A DNA stretch of 64,000 nt, taken from Dendrobates tinctorius. Lineage: Eukaryota. Shown here piece by piece: positions 38,017-50,125 of this stretch. Each line of letters begins with the position of its first letter. The stretch's first letter is position 1. The DNA lies in assembly GCF_039654945.1 (NCBI RefSeq), contig NW_027361775.1, positions 12,400,001 through 12,464,000 on the forward strand, written 5' to 3'. The notes beneath the pieces were generated by a model, which was not told where the DNA came from, searched no databases, and saw only the letters and a program-made list of their open reading frames with translations. A program made the position numbers and the translations under genes.

Positions 38017-40741
38017 CCCTTTCGCGCCTGAGCCTGTTTTTGCCTTCGTGACCAGGCCAATTTTTTCAATTCTGACCAGTGTCACTTTATGAGGCCATAA
38101 CTCTAGAACGCTTCAACGGATCCTGCTGATTCTGACATTGTTTTCTCGTGACATATTGTACTTCAGGATATTGGTAAAATTTCTTAGATATGAACTGCGC
38201 TTATATGTTAAAAAAATCGAAATTTGGCAAAAATGTTGAAAATTTTGCAATTTTCAAATTTTTAATTTTTATGCCCTTAAATCAGAGTGTGATATCGCAC
38301 AAAATAGTTAATAAATAACATTTCCCACATGTCTACTTTACATCTGCACAATTTTGGAAACATAATTTTTTTTTTTAGGAAGTTATAAGGGTTAAAAGTT
38401 GACCAGCGATTTCTCATTTTTACAACAAAATTTACAACACCATTTTTTTTAGGGACCACCTCACATTTGAAGTGAGTTTGGGGGGTCAATATGACAGAAA
38501 ATACCCAAAAGTGACACCATTCTAAAAACTGCACCTCTCAATGTACTCAAAACCACATTCAAGAAGTTTATTAACCCTTCAGGTGCTTCACATGAATGAA
38601 TGGAATGTGGAAGGAAAAAATAAACATTTAACTTTTTTTCACAAACATTTTACTTCAGAACCATTTTTTTTATTTTCACAAGTGTAAAAACAGAAAATGA
38701 ACCACAACATTTTTTGTGCAATTTCTCCCAAATACGCCGATACCCCGTATGTGGGGCTAAACCACTGTTTGAGCACACGGCAGAGCTCAGAAAGGAAGGA
38801 GTGCCGTTTGACTTTTTCAATGCAGAATTGGCTGGAATTGAGAGAGGACGCCATGTCGCATTTGGAGAGCCCCTAATGTGCCTAATGAGTGGAAACCCCC
38901 ACAAGTGACCCCATTTTGGAAACTAGACCCCTTAAAGAACTTATCTAGATGTGTCGTGAGCACTTTGAACCCCCAAGTGCTTCACAGAAGTTTATAACGT
39001 AGAGCCATGAAAATAAAAAATCATTTTTGTTCCACAAACATGATCTTTTAGCCCCCAATTTTTTATTTTCACAAGGGTAACAGGAGAAATTGGACCCCAA
39101 AAGTTGTTGTCCAATTTGTCCTGCGTACACTGGTACCCCATATGTGGAAGAAAACTACTGTTTGGGCACACGGTGGGGATTGGAAGGGAAGTAGTGACGT
39201 TTTGGAATGCAGACATTGATGGAATGGTCTGCGGGTGTCATGTCGCGTTTGCAGAGCCCCTGATGTGCCTAAACAGTGGAAATCCTCCACAAGTGACCCC
39301 TTTTTGGAAACTAGACCCCACCAAGGAACTTATCTAGATGTGTGGTGAGCACTTTGAACCCCCAAGTGTTTCACTAAAGTGTATAATCTAGAGCCGTGAA
39401 AATAAAAAAAATCATTTTTGTTCCACAAACATGATCTTTTAGCCCCCAATTTTTTATTTTCACAAGGGTAACAGGAGAAATTGGACCCCAAAAGTTGTTG
39501 TCCAATTTGTCCTGAGTACACTGGTACCCCATATGTGGAAGAAAACTACTGTTTGGGCATACGGTGGGGATCGGAAGGGAAGTAGTGACGTTTTGGAATG
39601 CAGACATTGATGGAATGGTCTGCGGGTGTCATGTCGCGTTTGCAGAGCCCCTGATGTGCCTAAACAGTGGAAATCCTCCACAAGTGACCCCTTTTTGGAA
39701 ACTAGACCCCCCAAGGAACTTATCTAGATGTGTGGTGAGCACTTTGAACCCCCAAGTGTTTCACTAAAGTGTATAATGTAGAGCCGTGAAAATAAAAAAA
39801 TCATTTTTTTTCCACAAAAATGATCTTTTAGCTCCCAATTTTTATTTTCACAAGGGTAACAGGAGAAATTGGACCCTAAGAGTTGTTGTCCAATTTGTCC
39901 TGAGTACGCTGGTACCCCACATGTGGGGGGACCACTGTTTGGGCACACGGTGGGGCTCGGAAGGGAAGTAGTGACGTTCTGGAATGCAGACTTTGATGGA
40001 ATGGTCTGCAGGCATCATGTTGCATTTACAGAGCCCCTGATGTACCTAAACAGTGGAAACCCCCAATTCGAATTCCAACCCTAACCCCAACACACCCCTA
40101 ACTCTAGCCCTAACCCTAACCCTAGCCCTAACCCTAGCCCTAACCCTAACCCTAACCCTAGCCCTAACCCTAGCCCTAACCCTAGCCCTAACCCTAACCC
40201 TAACTCTAGCCCTATCCCTAGCACTGGCAGATGATCAGAGGAGAAGCAGCATTACTATATGACAAGATCGCTGCCCGGCACATAGTAACGCCACTTCTCC
40301 TCTGATCTCACACTGACAGATGAGCAGAGGTGAAGAGCGTTACTGTGTGACAAGATTGCTGCCTGGCACAGCTGTGCCAGGCAGCGATCAGCTGTGCCAG
40401 GCAGCGATCTAGTCACACAGTAACGCTGCTTCACCTCTGCTCATCTGTCAGCATGAGCTCAGAGGAGAAGTCGTGTTATAATGAGGGAGATCGCCGGGAA
40501 ACAAGCAGCTTTCCCAGCGAGCTCTCTCATTGGCTGCTGTGACGCGACGTCATCAGGACCTGAACCAATCAGGTCTCGATGACGTCGGGGGTCCCAGCAT
40601 GCATTGTGCACCAGGATCCCCGCGTTATAAGGTATGAGGGGGTCCCGGGGGGCACAAAACCACCGACAGTAGATAAACGTCGGCGCTGCACAAAGCCCAG
40701 CAAGCGCCAACGTTTATCTACTGTGGGCGGTCGCGAAGAGG
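38017..40741. mobile_element. Large non-autonomous piggyBac-like (TTAA) element with ~390-bp tandem repeats and telomere-like array
   Basis: TTAA TSD at 38013-38016 and 40742-40745. TIRs CCCTTTCGCG / CGCGAAGAGG. Repeat anchors at 38942, 39331, 39721. Confidence 0.85.
40077..40222. repeat. Interstitial telomere-like array (CCCTAA/CCCTAG)n
   Basis: About 20 hexamers mixing canonical CCCTAA with CCCTAG. Confidence 0.9.
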
Positions 40742-41317
40742 TTAAAGAGGGTGTATGTTTTCTACTCGTTTCTAGCAGTGTATTGTTAAACTTGCCCCAA
40801 TTATGTTCTGTATCCCCAGTTACCATGACATGTTCCCAGTCTACATTATTAGACTCTTCCCTTAATTTGTTGAAATCAACTTTTCTAAATTTCTAGGTTT
40901 TTGCAATTTCCACTTTGAATACTTGATTGAAATTGGTCACTGTGTTCCAAATGCTCCCTTAAATTGTATCTGGTCTATTTGAAAGAACCAGATCCAGCAG
41001 AATATCTCCCCTGGTTGGCTCATCTACCAACTGAGATAGATAACTGTCTTGAATTGCGGACAAGAACTTGCAGCTTTTAGCACAACTGGAAGATCCTGTG
41101 TCGCATTGAATGTCTGAATAGTTAAAATCCCCTATAATAAATACCCTGTTATAATTTGTTGCCTTTTTAATTTGTTGTTACATAAGGAGACTTATATCAA
41201 ACTACAATTATAATTTTTTATTATTGCCATCCTCATTTACTTTTACCCTTACTGACTCAACATTGTCGCTGCTCCCTCCAGTGTCATCATTGATCACTGA
41301 TCTTAAGTTGGATTTAG

Positions 41318-42544
41318 AGAGAATCTGTCACCAGGTTTAGCAGATACGAATTATGGCCACCACCTTTCAGGGCTTATCTACAGCATTCTATTATGCTGTA
41401 GATAAGCCCCCAATCCAACCTGCATGAGAAGAAAAATAACTTTTATTATCGGACGGTCCAGTCCGATGGGTGTCGCTGGTCTTGATCCAACGCCTTCCAT
41501 CTTTATGCAATGACATCCTACTGCTTGCTTCACAGCTCCCTGCATTGCACTCCTACGCAGGCTTACTTATCAGCCCTGTTGAGGGCAAAGCAAATTCCTG
41601 CAGTGCACAGGTGTTGGGCCTCTCTGAACTCTCCCAGCGCCTGAGCAATGCAGTACTTTACTCTGCCTTTAAAAGGGCAGATAAGTACACCTGCGCAGGA
41701 GTGTGATGCCGGGGAGCCATGAAGCAAGCATGAGGGTGGCATCCCAAGAAGATGGGAGGCACCAGACCAAGACCTGAGACATCCATCGGAGCAGACCGCC
41801 CCGCAGGTGAGTATATTAAAAATTATTTTTCTTCTCTTGCAGCTCAGATTGGGGCTTATTTGCAGCATTATAGAATGCTAAGGACCTGAGAAAAAATTGA
41901 GTAGCAACAAGCCACAAGTAAATAGAATAAAAAGTCATCTCTATTGCCAAAATCACAATAAAAACAGGTTAAGACAAATACATTTTACATACAAACGGAG
42001 GAGACATAGAAGTAGGCAGGAGGAGGATGTAGGGTCAAAAACATAGTAATGAGACCTGGGAACACTGGTGCTTTCCTTTTTCCTTTTACCTCACTGATCA
42101 TTTCCCTTTCAGTACTGTCTTATCTTCCCCTATTTTCTCTACACTGCTATCCTTACATTTGCAGCATGAGAGTTAACTGATATTCTATTAAAGATTAACT
42201 TCCTTTGACATCCAGCAAGATGGTGACATCCAGTGGCCTTCTAGAAAATATGCTGCCGATGGTGTGCATGCGCACCATGATTTTCTCGGTACTTTGTTTT
42301 CTCAGTGGCCATCTAACAAATGTGATGTGTGTGTCTGCTGACATCATCAGGTGATTTCCAGCCACATGCGCACCACAATAAGACGGCGGCAGAGGAAGTG
42401 ATGATACATATGACCGACGGATTTTGGCCCTGTTACATAAATTGTGTTTTTTGATTACCTTCTTAGTATTATAGAATGATGTAGAAAATATCTGAAAGGC
42501 GGTGACCATAACTCATACCAGCCAAACCTGGTGACAGGTTCCCT
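41318..42544. mobile_element. Kolobok/T2-type MITE with internal insertion
   Basis: Ends AGAGAATCTGTCACCAGGTTT / AAACCTGGTGACAGGTTCCCT, flanked by TTAG / TTAA. Confidence 0.7.
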
Positions 42545-42699
42545 TTAATTAAAACACACGCCCCCCCACCTTTTCTTGTCTTTCCTGTCCTTTATAAATG
42601 TAGCGTAACCATTTACATGTGTCACCCAGTCATGGCTTTGTCCAGTCAGGTTTCCGTGCTGCCCACCACATTGTAATCTGTGTCGGATTTGTCTGATCC

Positions 42700-45445
42700 C
42701 GTTATTCCAAAGGCTGCTCATTCCTCAGCCTGCTGCGCCCACAGCATCTCTAGAACCTAAGCAAGAAAACAATGTGGCGCTGGCTAGACAATAGCAGAAG
42801 ATCTGTCAAGTCATGGGTTTGTGCTTCTATTGTGAAGAAACCAGTCATGTCATTTGCTCCTGCTCAAAGAAGCTGGAAAACTTCCAAGCCCACAGCCAAT
42901 AGGACACACCACCCTTGGCAAGAGCAATTCCTGTTCATCATTGATCCTTACCATATCTGTGACTTGTGGAGGTTCCCAATTTGAGATAGCATACCCGAAT
43001 TCCTGCAGGGAATTTCATACAACAAGCAGTGGTAGAATGCTACCAGATCCACGTTCTACTACACAAAAATTCATTGCTGTGTCATATGTTTATGGGAAGC
43101 TTCTTTCCAAAGCCATTTGGCTTGTCACCGAGCAAGTAAAGCTCCAGATAGGAATGGTGCATGCTGAGAAGATTGTCTTCTACGTGCTTCCTAGCCTTTC
43201 TCATTCACGTCTTCTGGGATTTTTGTGGCTCCGCATGCATGAACCTGTCCTGGACTGGAGATCTTGAGAGGTGCCTCATTGGGGTCAGTCTTATTATGAG
43301 AAGCGTTTTTCATCTGTAAGACCAGTCCTGCCACTGATAGTACCATGTTCTCTGTTGGCATTAACATCTGCCTACTTTTCAAATGCGGACATCTTTGACA
43401 AAAAAGGAGCACAGATGTTACCTCCTCATAGGCTGTATGATTGTCTATAATCCTGATTCTGGGATCCTCACCTCCACGAGGCCATATTTACCCTCTGTCC
43501 CAGATAGAGACTCTAGCCTTGTCCCAGTATGTCAAGAAGAATTTGGCTAGGGGTTTCATTCAGAAATCTTCTTCTCCAGATGGAGCAGGCTTCATCTTTG
43601 CAAAGAAAAAGGATGGAACTCTCTGACCTAGCAAAAATTATAGGGATCTCAATCAGATGACAGTTATGAACTAATGTCCATTACCATTGATTAATTGATT
43701 TTGAAGCTGTTCAACCACCTCAAAGGTACTGAGATCTTTACCAAGCTGGATCTGCATAGATCATACAATCTAATGTGGATTGGTATGAATGGGTCACAGA
43801 GGAGGATGGCAGGAACAGGCTAAGCCATCAGAAAACCAGAAAGGTTGGTAACTAAGTGGATTGCAGATACCTGATCCTATCCACACAACTAGCAGTAGCT
43901 GTGGAGCATACCTACGATGCCCTAGATGCCTCGGCACAGCCAGAAAGCTAACTAGCTTAAGCAAGAAAGGTGAAATCTAAACTGCCCCGGAGCAGACCCC
44001 AAAAGGAATAGATAGCCCCCAAACATATATTGTCGGTGGGACAAGATGAAACACAAATGTAGGCAGGAAAATAGACTGAGCAAACAATGGGGCCCAAACT
44101 GACTAGACAGGACAGGAAAGGAAAGACACTGTCTGCAATCACGCAAAAACCCTTAAAAATCCAACACGTCTGATGTACAAAAAAACACTGAAGTCACACG
44201 ACTTTGCCCCCACTATATCAGCACTCCGGTATGAACTGGAAGCAAAGCAAAAGAGACTAATATAACAGGGGACTGAATAAACTGACACAGGCTGCAACAT
44301 ATGGAGCGGTGGTCCAGCACAGCCCCCAGAGGAGCAAGCGGAACCAGCACAACAAGCAGAGAGAGACAAAACCAGATCAGATGCAAGGGATTAGCAAATT
44401 AACCACTTAGCTGAACAATGCAGGATCAGGGCAGGAGACATCAGACCTCTGAATGCACAGGAAAGCAATCACCAGCAGGGAATGCAGGAAGTCTGCAGAC
44501 TTAAATACTCCAATCAGTAACCCCAGATCTCCAATCGTCATCATCATCACCATCAGGTGGCAGACCTCTGTCAATCTGGCCAGCTCCACTACCTCCAGTA
44601 ACCACCGGAGGGAGCAGGGGGAGCTTCGGCTAAGAAACCTGAGCCAAGGAATTCACAACAGTGGACACGTTGAGCAGATGAATGGAAGACTGCTTTCAAC
44701 AACTGGAACACTCATTATGAATACTAAGTTATGTCGTTCGGTCTCAGTAGCGCCCCAGCTGTATTCAAAGAATAAGTGAATGACATCTTTCGAGATATCC
44801 TCTACACTTGTGTTGTGGTTTACCTGGACAATATCTTTGTCTTTGCTTCAGATCTGCACTCTCATTGGCAAAGCATTCGCCAAATCCTACAGCGAATCAG
44901 AGAGAATTATCTGTGTGCTAAATTTGAGAAATGTGTGTTTTTATGCTCTCCCTTTCCTTGGATATATCATCTCAGACACAGGCCTGGAGATGGATCCAGA
45001 GAAGGTGTCTTCCATCCTTGAGTGGCCTTGTCCAGATGGCGTTAAAGCTATTCAGCAATTCCTTGAATTTGCCAACTACTACCAGGAATTCATTCCACAT
45101 TTCTCGTCCTGGACGATGCTCATCTCGACTATGATCCATAATCGTGCTGATCCAAAGGCTGGAAGCGCTTCTCTGTCCCTGAAACAAGCCTTTTCCTCCA
45201 CTTCAGTATTGCATCAACCAGAAGTGAGCACACAATTATTTCTGGAAGTAGACACTTCACCTTATGGGGCTAGAGCGGTTCTTACCCAGGAGTCTCAATC
45301 CAGTCATATGGTGACCTAGGGTTTTTTTTTCCAATGTCTTCTTTGCTCCAGAGTGCAACTACACAATTATTGGCAAAGAGTCATTAGCAATCAAGATAGC
45401 TCTAGAGGAGTGGCGTTACCTTCTCAAAGGAGTTGTCCACCTTGG
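42700..45445 (+). pseudogene. pol: Degenerate Gypsy (sushi-like) gag-pol internal fragment interrupted by a solo LTR
   Basis: Decayed zinc knuckle [45 protein letters not shown], RNase H LEVDTSPYGARAVL. Many stops and frameshifts. Confidence 0.85.
43781..44660 (-). mobile_element. Solo LTR (family A), 6-bp TSD GTGGAT/GTGGAC
   Basis: TGGTATGAA...TTCACAACA. Inserted in the RT YNLMWI motif of the old Gypsy. Confidence 0.85.
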
Positions 45446-45735
45446 TGTCAGAATCAAACAAGAGGAGAGTTATGCAATGGAAGCACTTTTCCATGCTGGG
45501 CAGAAAAATGAAATGATACTCCTCTGTGTTGATTGATTGATTACCATGCAGAGTTTAGTAACATCTGCAAATATTGTATTTCTATTCAGTATGCATCCTA
45601 CAAGGTCAATAAATATCTTAGAAATACTGACATCTGTGGTCGTCCACTATTAACTGTGATAAAATTCGAGTACCTTCCTTTATCATTTAATAACAGCCCT
45701 TTGCTTCCTATCACTGAGCTAGTTATTAACATAGT

Positions 45736-46270
45736 AGTAACATGCTGCTACAGGGAATTACAGTGTAACCTCCACTAGGGGGTGCTGGTGAGGGAAGAGA
45801 GGTTACACACACAGAGTAATAACACGGAGCAGCCGCACAGGTGGCACTAGTAAAGAAAGAGTGGTCTGACTAGCCGAAGTCAGCAACTGACAGGAGCAGA
45901 AGTACCAAGGGAGACAGCAAGTGCATAGTCAGGAAGAAGCAAGAAGTCAGTACCTACCAGGAACGTGGTATCAGAAACGTAATATGTTAGACGTAGTCAA
46001 GGTACAAGCCAGAGGGTCAAAAAGTCAGTCGGGAAGCGTGGTATCAGAAATGGAAAAAACAGATTCAGAGTCCAGAGATCAAGCTAAATCATACACAAGT
46101 CCAGGTAATCAAGGGCAGAAGGAACACTAAAGGAATATAGGTCAAAGGCACTAGCTTGGAAGCTTGCAGTGTAGCTGATGCTGGCCCGCAGGCTGCAAAG
46201 GACTGAAATAGCCCAGCCAGCTCCAGAACAAGGCAGAGGGGATTAACAAGCTCTGGATTGGATCATGACA
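45736..46270 (-). mobile_element. Probable solo LTR (TGTCATGATCC terminus)
   Basis: Right end GGATCATGACA is the reverse complement of the start of the 48509 LTR. Left boundary and TSD (ATAGT/GTAGT) are tentative. Confidence 0.5.
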
Positions 46271-47984
46271 GTAGTTACATATATTTTACGCTAGCCCTTT
46301 TTTTCTCATTTTATAAACTTACTTTTTGTATGGCACCATATCAAACGCCTTTGAAAAGTCCACATACAGTAGATTACATCCACTGCATTTCACTGGTCCA
46401 GTGTCAAACTTATCTTCTCATAGAAGCTAATATTACTCTCACAGTACCAATCTCTCATAAAACCATGTTTTTGCTTGGTATTAAAGCTATTCTTACTGAG
46501 ATATTCCAAGAAAGAATCTGTTAGAAAACAATCAAGGATTTTATCCACAATATCATTCAGATTATGTGAAAACTGTAAAGCGCTGTGGAATATGTTAGAG
46601 CTTTATTAAAATAAAGATTATTATTATTATTGTCATTGGCTAACTTCAAATGGGCTGCCATGAGCAGTGGGACCTTGCATGCCCTGCTGGATTTTAATCC
46701 ATGATGGCATAATTTCTTACTAACGGTACTGTTTTAGGCTGTGGTCGCAGCTCTCTACAGGTCATTGACCAGATCCTCCCATGTAATTTTGGACTGATTT
46801 CTGATGAGTAATGGGTGAACACATGGATGTTTGGGTCCGTCGAGTTCAGCCAGACAGTTAAAAGAAGTTCTGTTCAGGTACCAGAATAGTACCTGAAACC
46901 AATTCTGAACCCTGCCTCATTCAGATGAATGGGGTCCCAAACATCAATTGTTTGCCACACTGTCATTGCCTGCGCCTGTTGTCGCTGATGACAGCAAGAG
47001 TAGGTGGCTGCTGATGGGAGTATTCATCAGCCAGTGTCTGCACTATAGATAAATGAAAAAATAGCATGAATTCCCCTTTATTTTTGATAATCAGCATGGC
47101 AAAACTGTCCACTGCATGCTGCAAACCTCAGCTGTCTGCTTTATCATGGCTTGTTATGAAGAATAGAGAGGTTCCCATGCCATTTTTATAAATTATTTAA
47201 ATAAACAATTTAAAAAATGGCATAGAGGCCCCCATTTTTTACAGCCAGCCTAACTAAAGCAGACATCTGGGGGATGGTAGTCTCAGGCTGGTAAGGGGCC
47301 ATGAATATAGCCCACAGCCTATAAATAGTAGCTGACCCAGAAAAGGTGCATCTATTAGATGCATCTATTCTGGTGCTTTGCTCGGCTCTTCCCACCTGCC
47401 CTGTGGTGGCAAGTGGGGTTAATATTTATGGGGTTGATGTCACCTTTATATTGTCAAGTGACATCAAACGCAAGGATTAGAAATGGAGAGGCATCTATAA
47501 GACATTTCTACATTACTAACCCCATTGTCATATTGTAAATAAACACACAACAAAAATAAAGTCCTTTATTTTAAACAAAAATCCTCACCGTTTTACAAAT
47601 TTATTTAAAAATTTACACTCACCTTACTCCATTTCATTGAAGCACTCGTACCCTGTAAAACACATAAAATAATAAATATCAACAATGCTCACCTAACGCC
47701 CATTCCTTTAAAACCCGGGTCTCCTGTAAAATAAAAAAAGACAAAAAATAACCATTTCCCTCACAAGTCCGACACTGTCTCATCCCATAATCCATGCCTG
47801 CAATAAATGGTTTTCGACCCGGACAGTGCCAATATGTGACCGTCAAGGCTAAAAACCACATCAGAATGAGCTGCTGAGAGCACTTTTCTGCTAGTTATTT
47901 AAAGTATAGAAAAATAAACCATTATACTTACTAGGTCAGTGCATAGAAGACATGGGGCCCCATAGCAGAAGTATTATGAACTAC

Positions 47985-48508
47985 CCATAGTCCTTATAGT
48001 GTAATGCATCTCATAGTCCTACATATAATATACTCTACAGTACAGCCCATAGTTCCCCATATAGTATGCTGCACAGCACATTGTCCTCCATATAGTACAC
48101 GCACCTAGCTACATATTAGTATAATACATAGCTGATATTATTCATATGGTATAATACACAGCCCATAGTCCTCCATATAGTATAATGCACCACCATGTTA
48201 GTATAATACACAGCCCATATCCTCCATACAGTATACTTCCCAGCCCATAGTCCTCAATAGTATAATACACAGCCCATATCCTTCATATAGTATAATGAAA
48301 AGCTCATATCCTTCATATAGCATAATGCACTGCTCAAAGTCATCCATAAAATATAATACATAGCCCACAGTCCTCCATAAAGTATAATGCACAGTTCATA
48401 GTCCTTCATATCATGTAATACACAGCTCATAGTCATCCATAAAGTCTAATGCACCTCACAATCATCTATAAAATATAATGGACAGTCTATAGTCATCCAT
48501 AAAGTATA
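47985..48508. repeat. ~30-31-bp AT-rich minisatellite, resuming at 54027-54110
   Basis: Unit ~ATAATACACAGCCCATAGTCCTCCATATAGT. Array is split by the LTR element. Confidence 0.85.
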
Positions 48509-49140
48509 TGTCATGATCCCAGTGCAGGTTTTTGAGCTGCACACCGGGGGTTAATGTCTGGAGCTCTGTGCAGGTTTTGACCTGCACACTTGGGGTTAAT
48601 GATTGTGGCCTCTTTCTGGTTCTGGGAGAGCTTCATAAACCCCTGGGTAGCTTCAATCCCTGCCAGTTATACTTTTGCCTTTGGCCGAGTGTACTGACCC
48701 CCGTGTGCCTGTTTGTTGCTATAGCCTGTTTATATGGTTCTGACCCGATTCTGTTTCCCGTTGTGAGTTTGCCTGTTGATTTTGTACTGCGTTATTATCT
48801 GTGTATGACCCATTGCCTGTGACCTGATTACTCTCTGCTCGCCCCTCTTGTACCTTGCAGCTATCTGTGTGTGACTCATTGGCTACGTCCTGACTATTCT
48901 CACTGTCTATGCCCCTTGGTAACTTTGTCTCGCAGTTACTCTGCTAGGAATTGTCTTGCAGCTCCTAGCTCTGTGGAGTTTAGGCCACGCCTCTAGCAGT
49001 CACGTGCTTCAGGTCCTGCGGGTGTGAAGTACACATCTACTCGGTTGCTGCTCGCTCCACAGGTAGCTTTGAGAACTGTTCGCTTTACTCAGGACACGCG
49101 CACTGGCTCAGTGAGCAAGTTCAGTGCGGTGTCTCTGACA
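48509..49140 (+). repeat. 5' LTR
   Basis: TGTCATGATCC...TCTCTGACA. TATA-like CATAAA at 48634-48639. Confidence 0.97.
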
Positions 49141-49141
49141 T

Positions 49142-49151
49142 TATAACTGGC
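49142..49151 (+). promoter_or_regulatory. Self-priming primer-binding site
   Basis: TATAACTGGC is the exact reverse complement of LTR 48662-48671 GCCAGTTATA. No tRNA-type TGG immediately after the LTR. Confidence 0.8.
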
Positions 49152-49185
49152 CTACAATTTTTTTTTCTCTCCTCACTTCTGCAGC

Positions 49186-50073
49186 ATGGACCCAATGTGT
49201 GCTTTATCTGAGCAGGTGAAAAGCTTGACTCAGTCACTGCAGAAGCTTAGTTTGGAACACCAAGCTCTGGCCCAGTCCCAACGGCGGGTTGAGGACTCAG
49301 TTCAGGGGGTGCTTTCCACAGGCTTCCAGCAGGTGGGGAATAGAGGTGTCATTTTAGTCCCACCTGAATTCCCGGTTAAATTGCCAGATATATTTTCTGG
49401 TAACAAGGATGATTTCAGGGCATTTAAGGAGGGCTGTAAGCTTTTTTTTTCTTTGAGTCCCCGCTCCTCTGGGGATGAGAAACAGAGGGTGGTGATGTCC
49501 CTGCTTAGGGGGTCCCCACAAGCCTGGGCATTCTCACTTTCCTCTTCTGCCCCTGATAGAATGTCTGTGGATGCATTTTTTGAAGCCTTAGGGCTTATCT
49601 ATGATGAGCCTGATAGAGTGCGGTTGGCTGAGGACAAAGTAATGAGTGTCTGTCAGGGGGAGCACTCGGCCAAATGGTTCTGTACTGAATTCAGACGTTG
49701 GGCAGCGGAGATTTCCTGGAGTGATGCCGCCCTTCGGGGGCTGTTCCACAGAGGCCTGTGTGAACGTCTGAAGGATGCTTTGGCACTCCATCCTCCGCCT
49801 GACTCCCTGGAGGATGCCATGGTCCAAGCGGTTCGCATGGATCGCAGGCTGCGGGCTAGAGGCATTATGCAACGGGAATCGCCCTTATTCTTCAGTGGAG
49901 ATGAGACCCAGACTCTTCCTATGGCTATGGAGGTGAGCGCTGTCACCTGTGAGGGAAAGGAAAGAAGACGCCGCCGGGAAAAGCAGTTGTGCTTCTATTG
50001 TGGGAAATCTGGACATTGGAAGAAGGACTGCCCCTCCTGTCCGTCATCTTCCAAGATGGCGGGAAATGACTAG
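49186..50073 (+). CDS. gag: Gag (PEG10/sushi-like capsid plus CCHC zinc knuckle), open 295 aa
   Basis: Coiled-coil N-terminus, LPDIFSG..F...C capsid motif, CFYCGKSGHWKKDC knuckle. Confidence 0.93.
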   Translation: MDPMCALSEQVKSLTQSLQKLSLEHQALAQSQRRVEDSVQGVLSTGFQQVGNRGVILVPPEFPVKLPDIFSGNKDDFRAFKEGCKLFFSLSPRSSGDEKQRVVMSLLRGSPQAWAFSLSSSAPDRMSVDAFFEALGLIYDEPDRVRLAEDKVMSVCQGEHSAKWFCTEFRRWAAEISWSDAALRGLFHRGLCERLKDALALHPPPDSLEDAMVQAVRMDRRLRARGIMQRESPLFFSGDETQTLPMAMEVSAVTCEGKERRRRREKQLCFYCGKSGHWKKDCPSCPSSSKMAGND

Positions 50074-50125
50074 GTCTGGGTAGTAATCGAGGAGGATACC
50101 CAGACCTTCAGGTACAATTTTCCTC
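50061..50125 (+). promoter_or_regulatory. -1 ribosomal frameshift signal (slippery heptamer plus H-type pseudoknot)
   Basis: G GGA AAT at 50061-50067. Stem 1 AGGTCTGGGTA 50072-50082 / TACCCAGACCT 50097-50107. Stem 2 GAGGAGGA 50089-50096 / TTTTCCTC 50118-50125. pol is in the -1 frame. Confidence 0.8.

Larger units (their letters stand above)
35643..42690 (-). mobile_element. Near-complete degenerate CR1 ORF2 split by three DNA transposons
   Basis: APE-like DWVTHVNGY..DRKDKKGGGVC at ~42550-42640, LLDLVLSN at ~40980, RT region 36600-37500, C-terminal EGLSYDERLKKLDL. Coding sequence is continuous across the 38017-40741 insertion (KHTPSL|NKMSRNK). Confidence 0.85.

Noticed and set aside
40053-40262. 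ORF with LTLALTLT repeats, or a true telomere/fusion site
   Set aside because: Translation of the hexamer array. The array is short, single-orientation and internal to a transposon.
48532-48822. Identical 96-aa ORFs at 48532 and 53418
   Set aside because: Both lie in the LTRs and start at TTG. Identity simply reflects LTR duplication.
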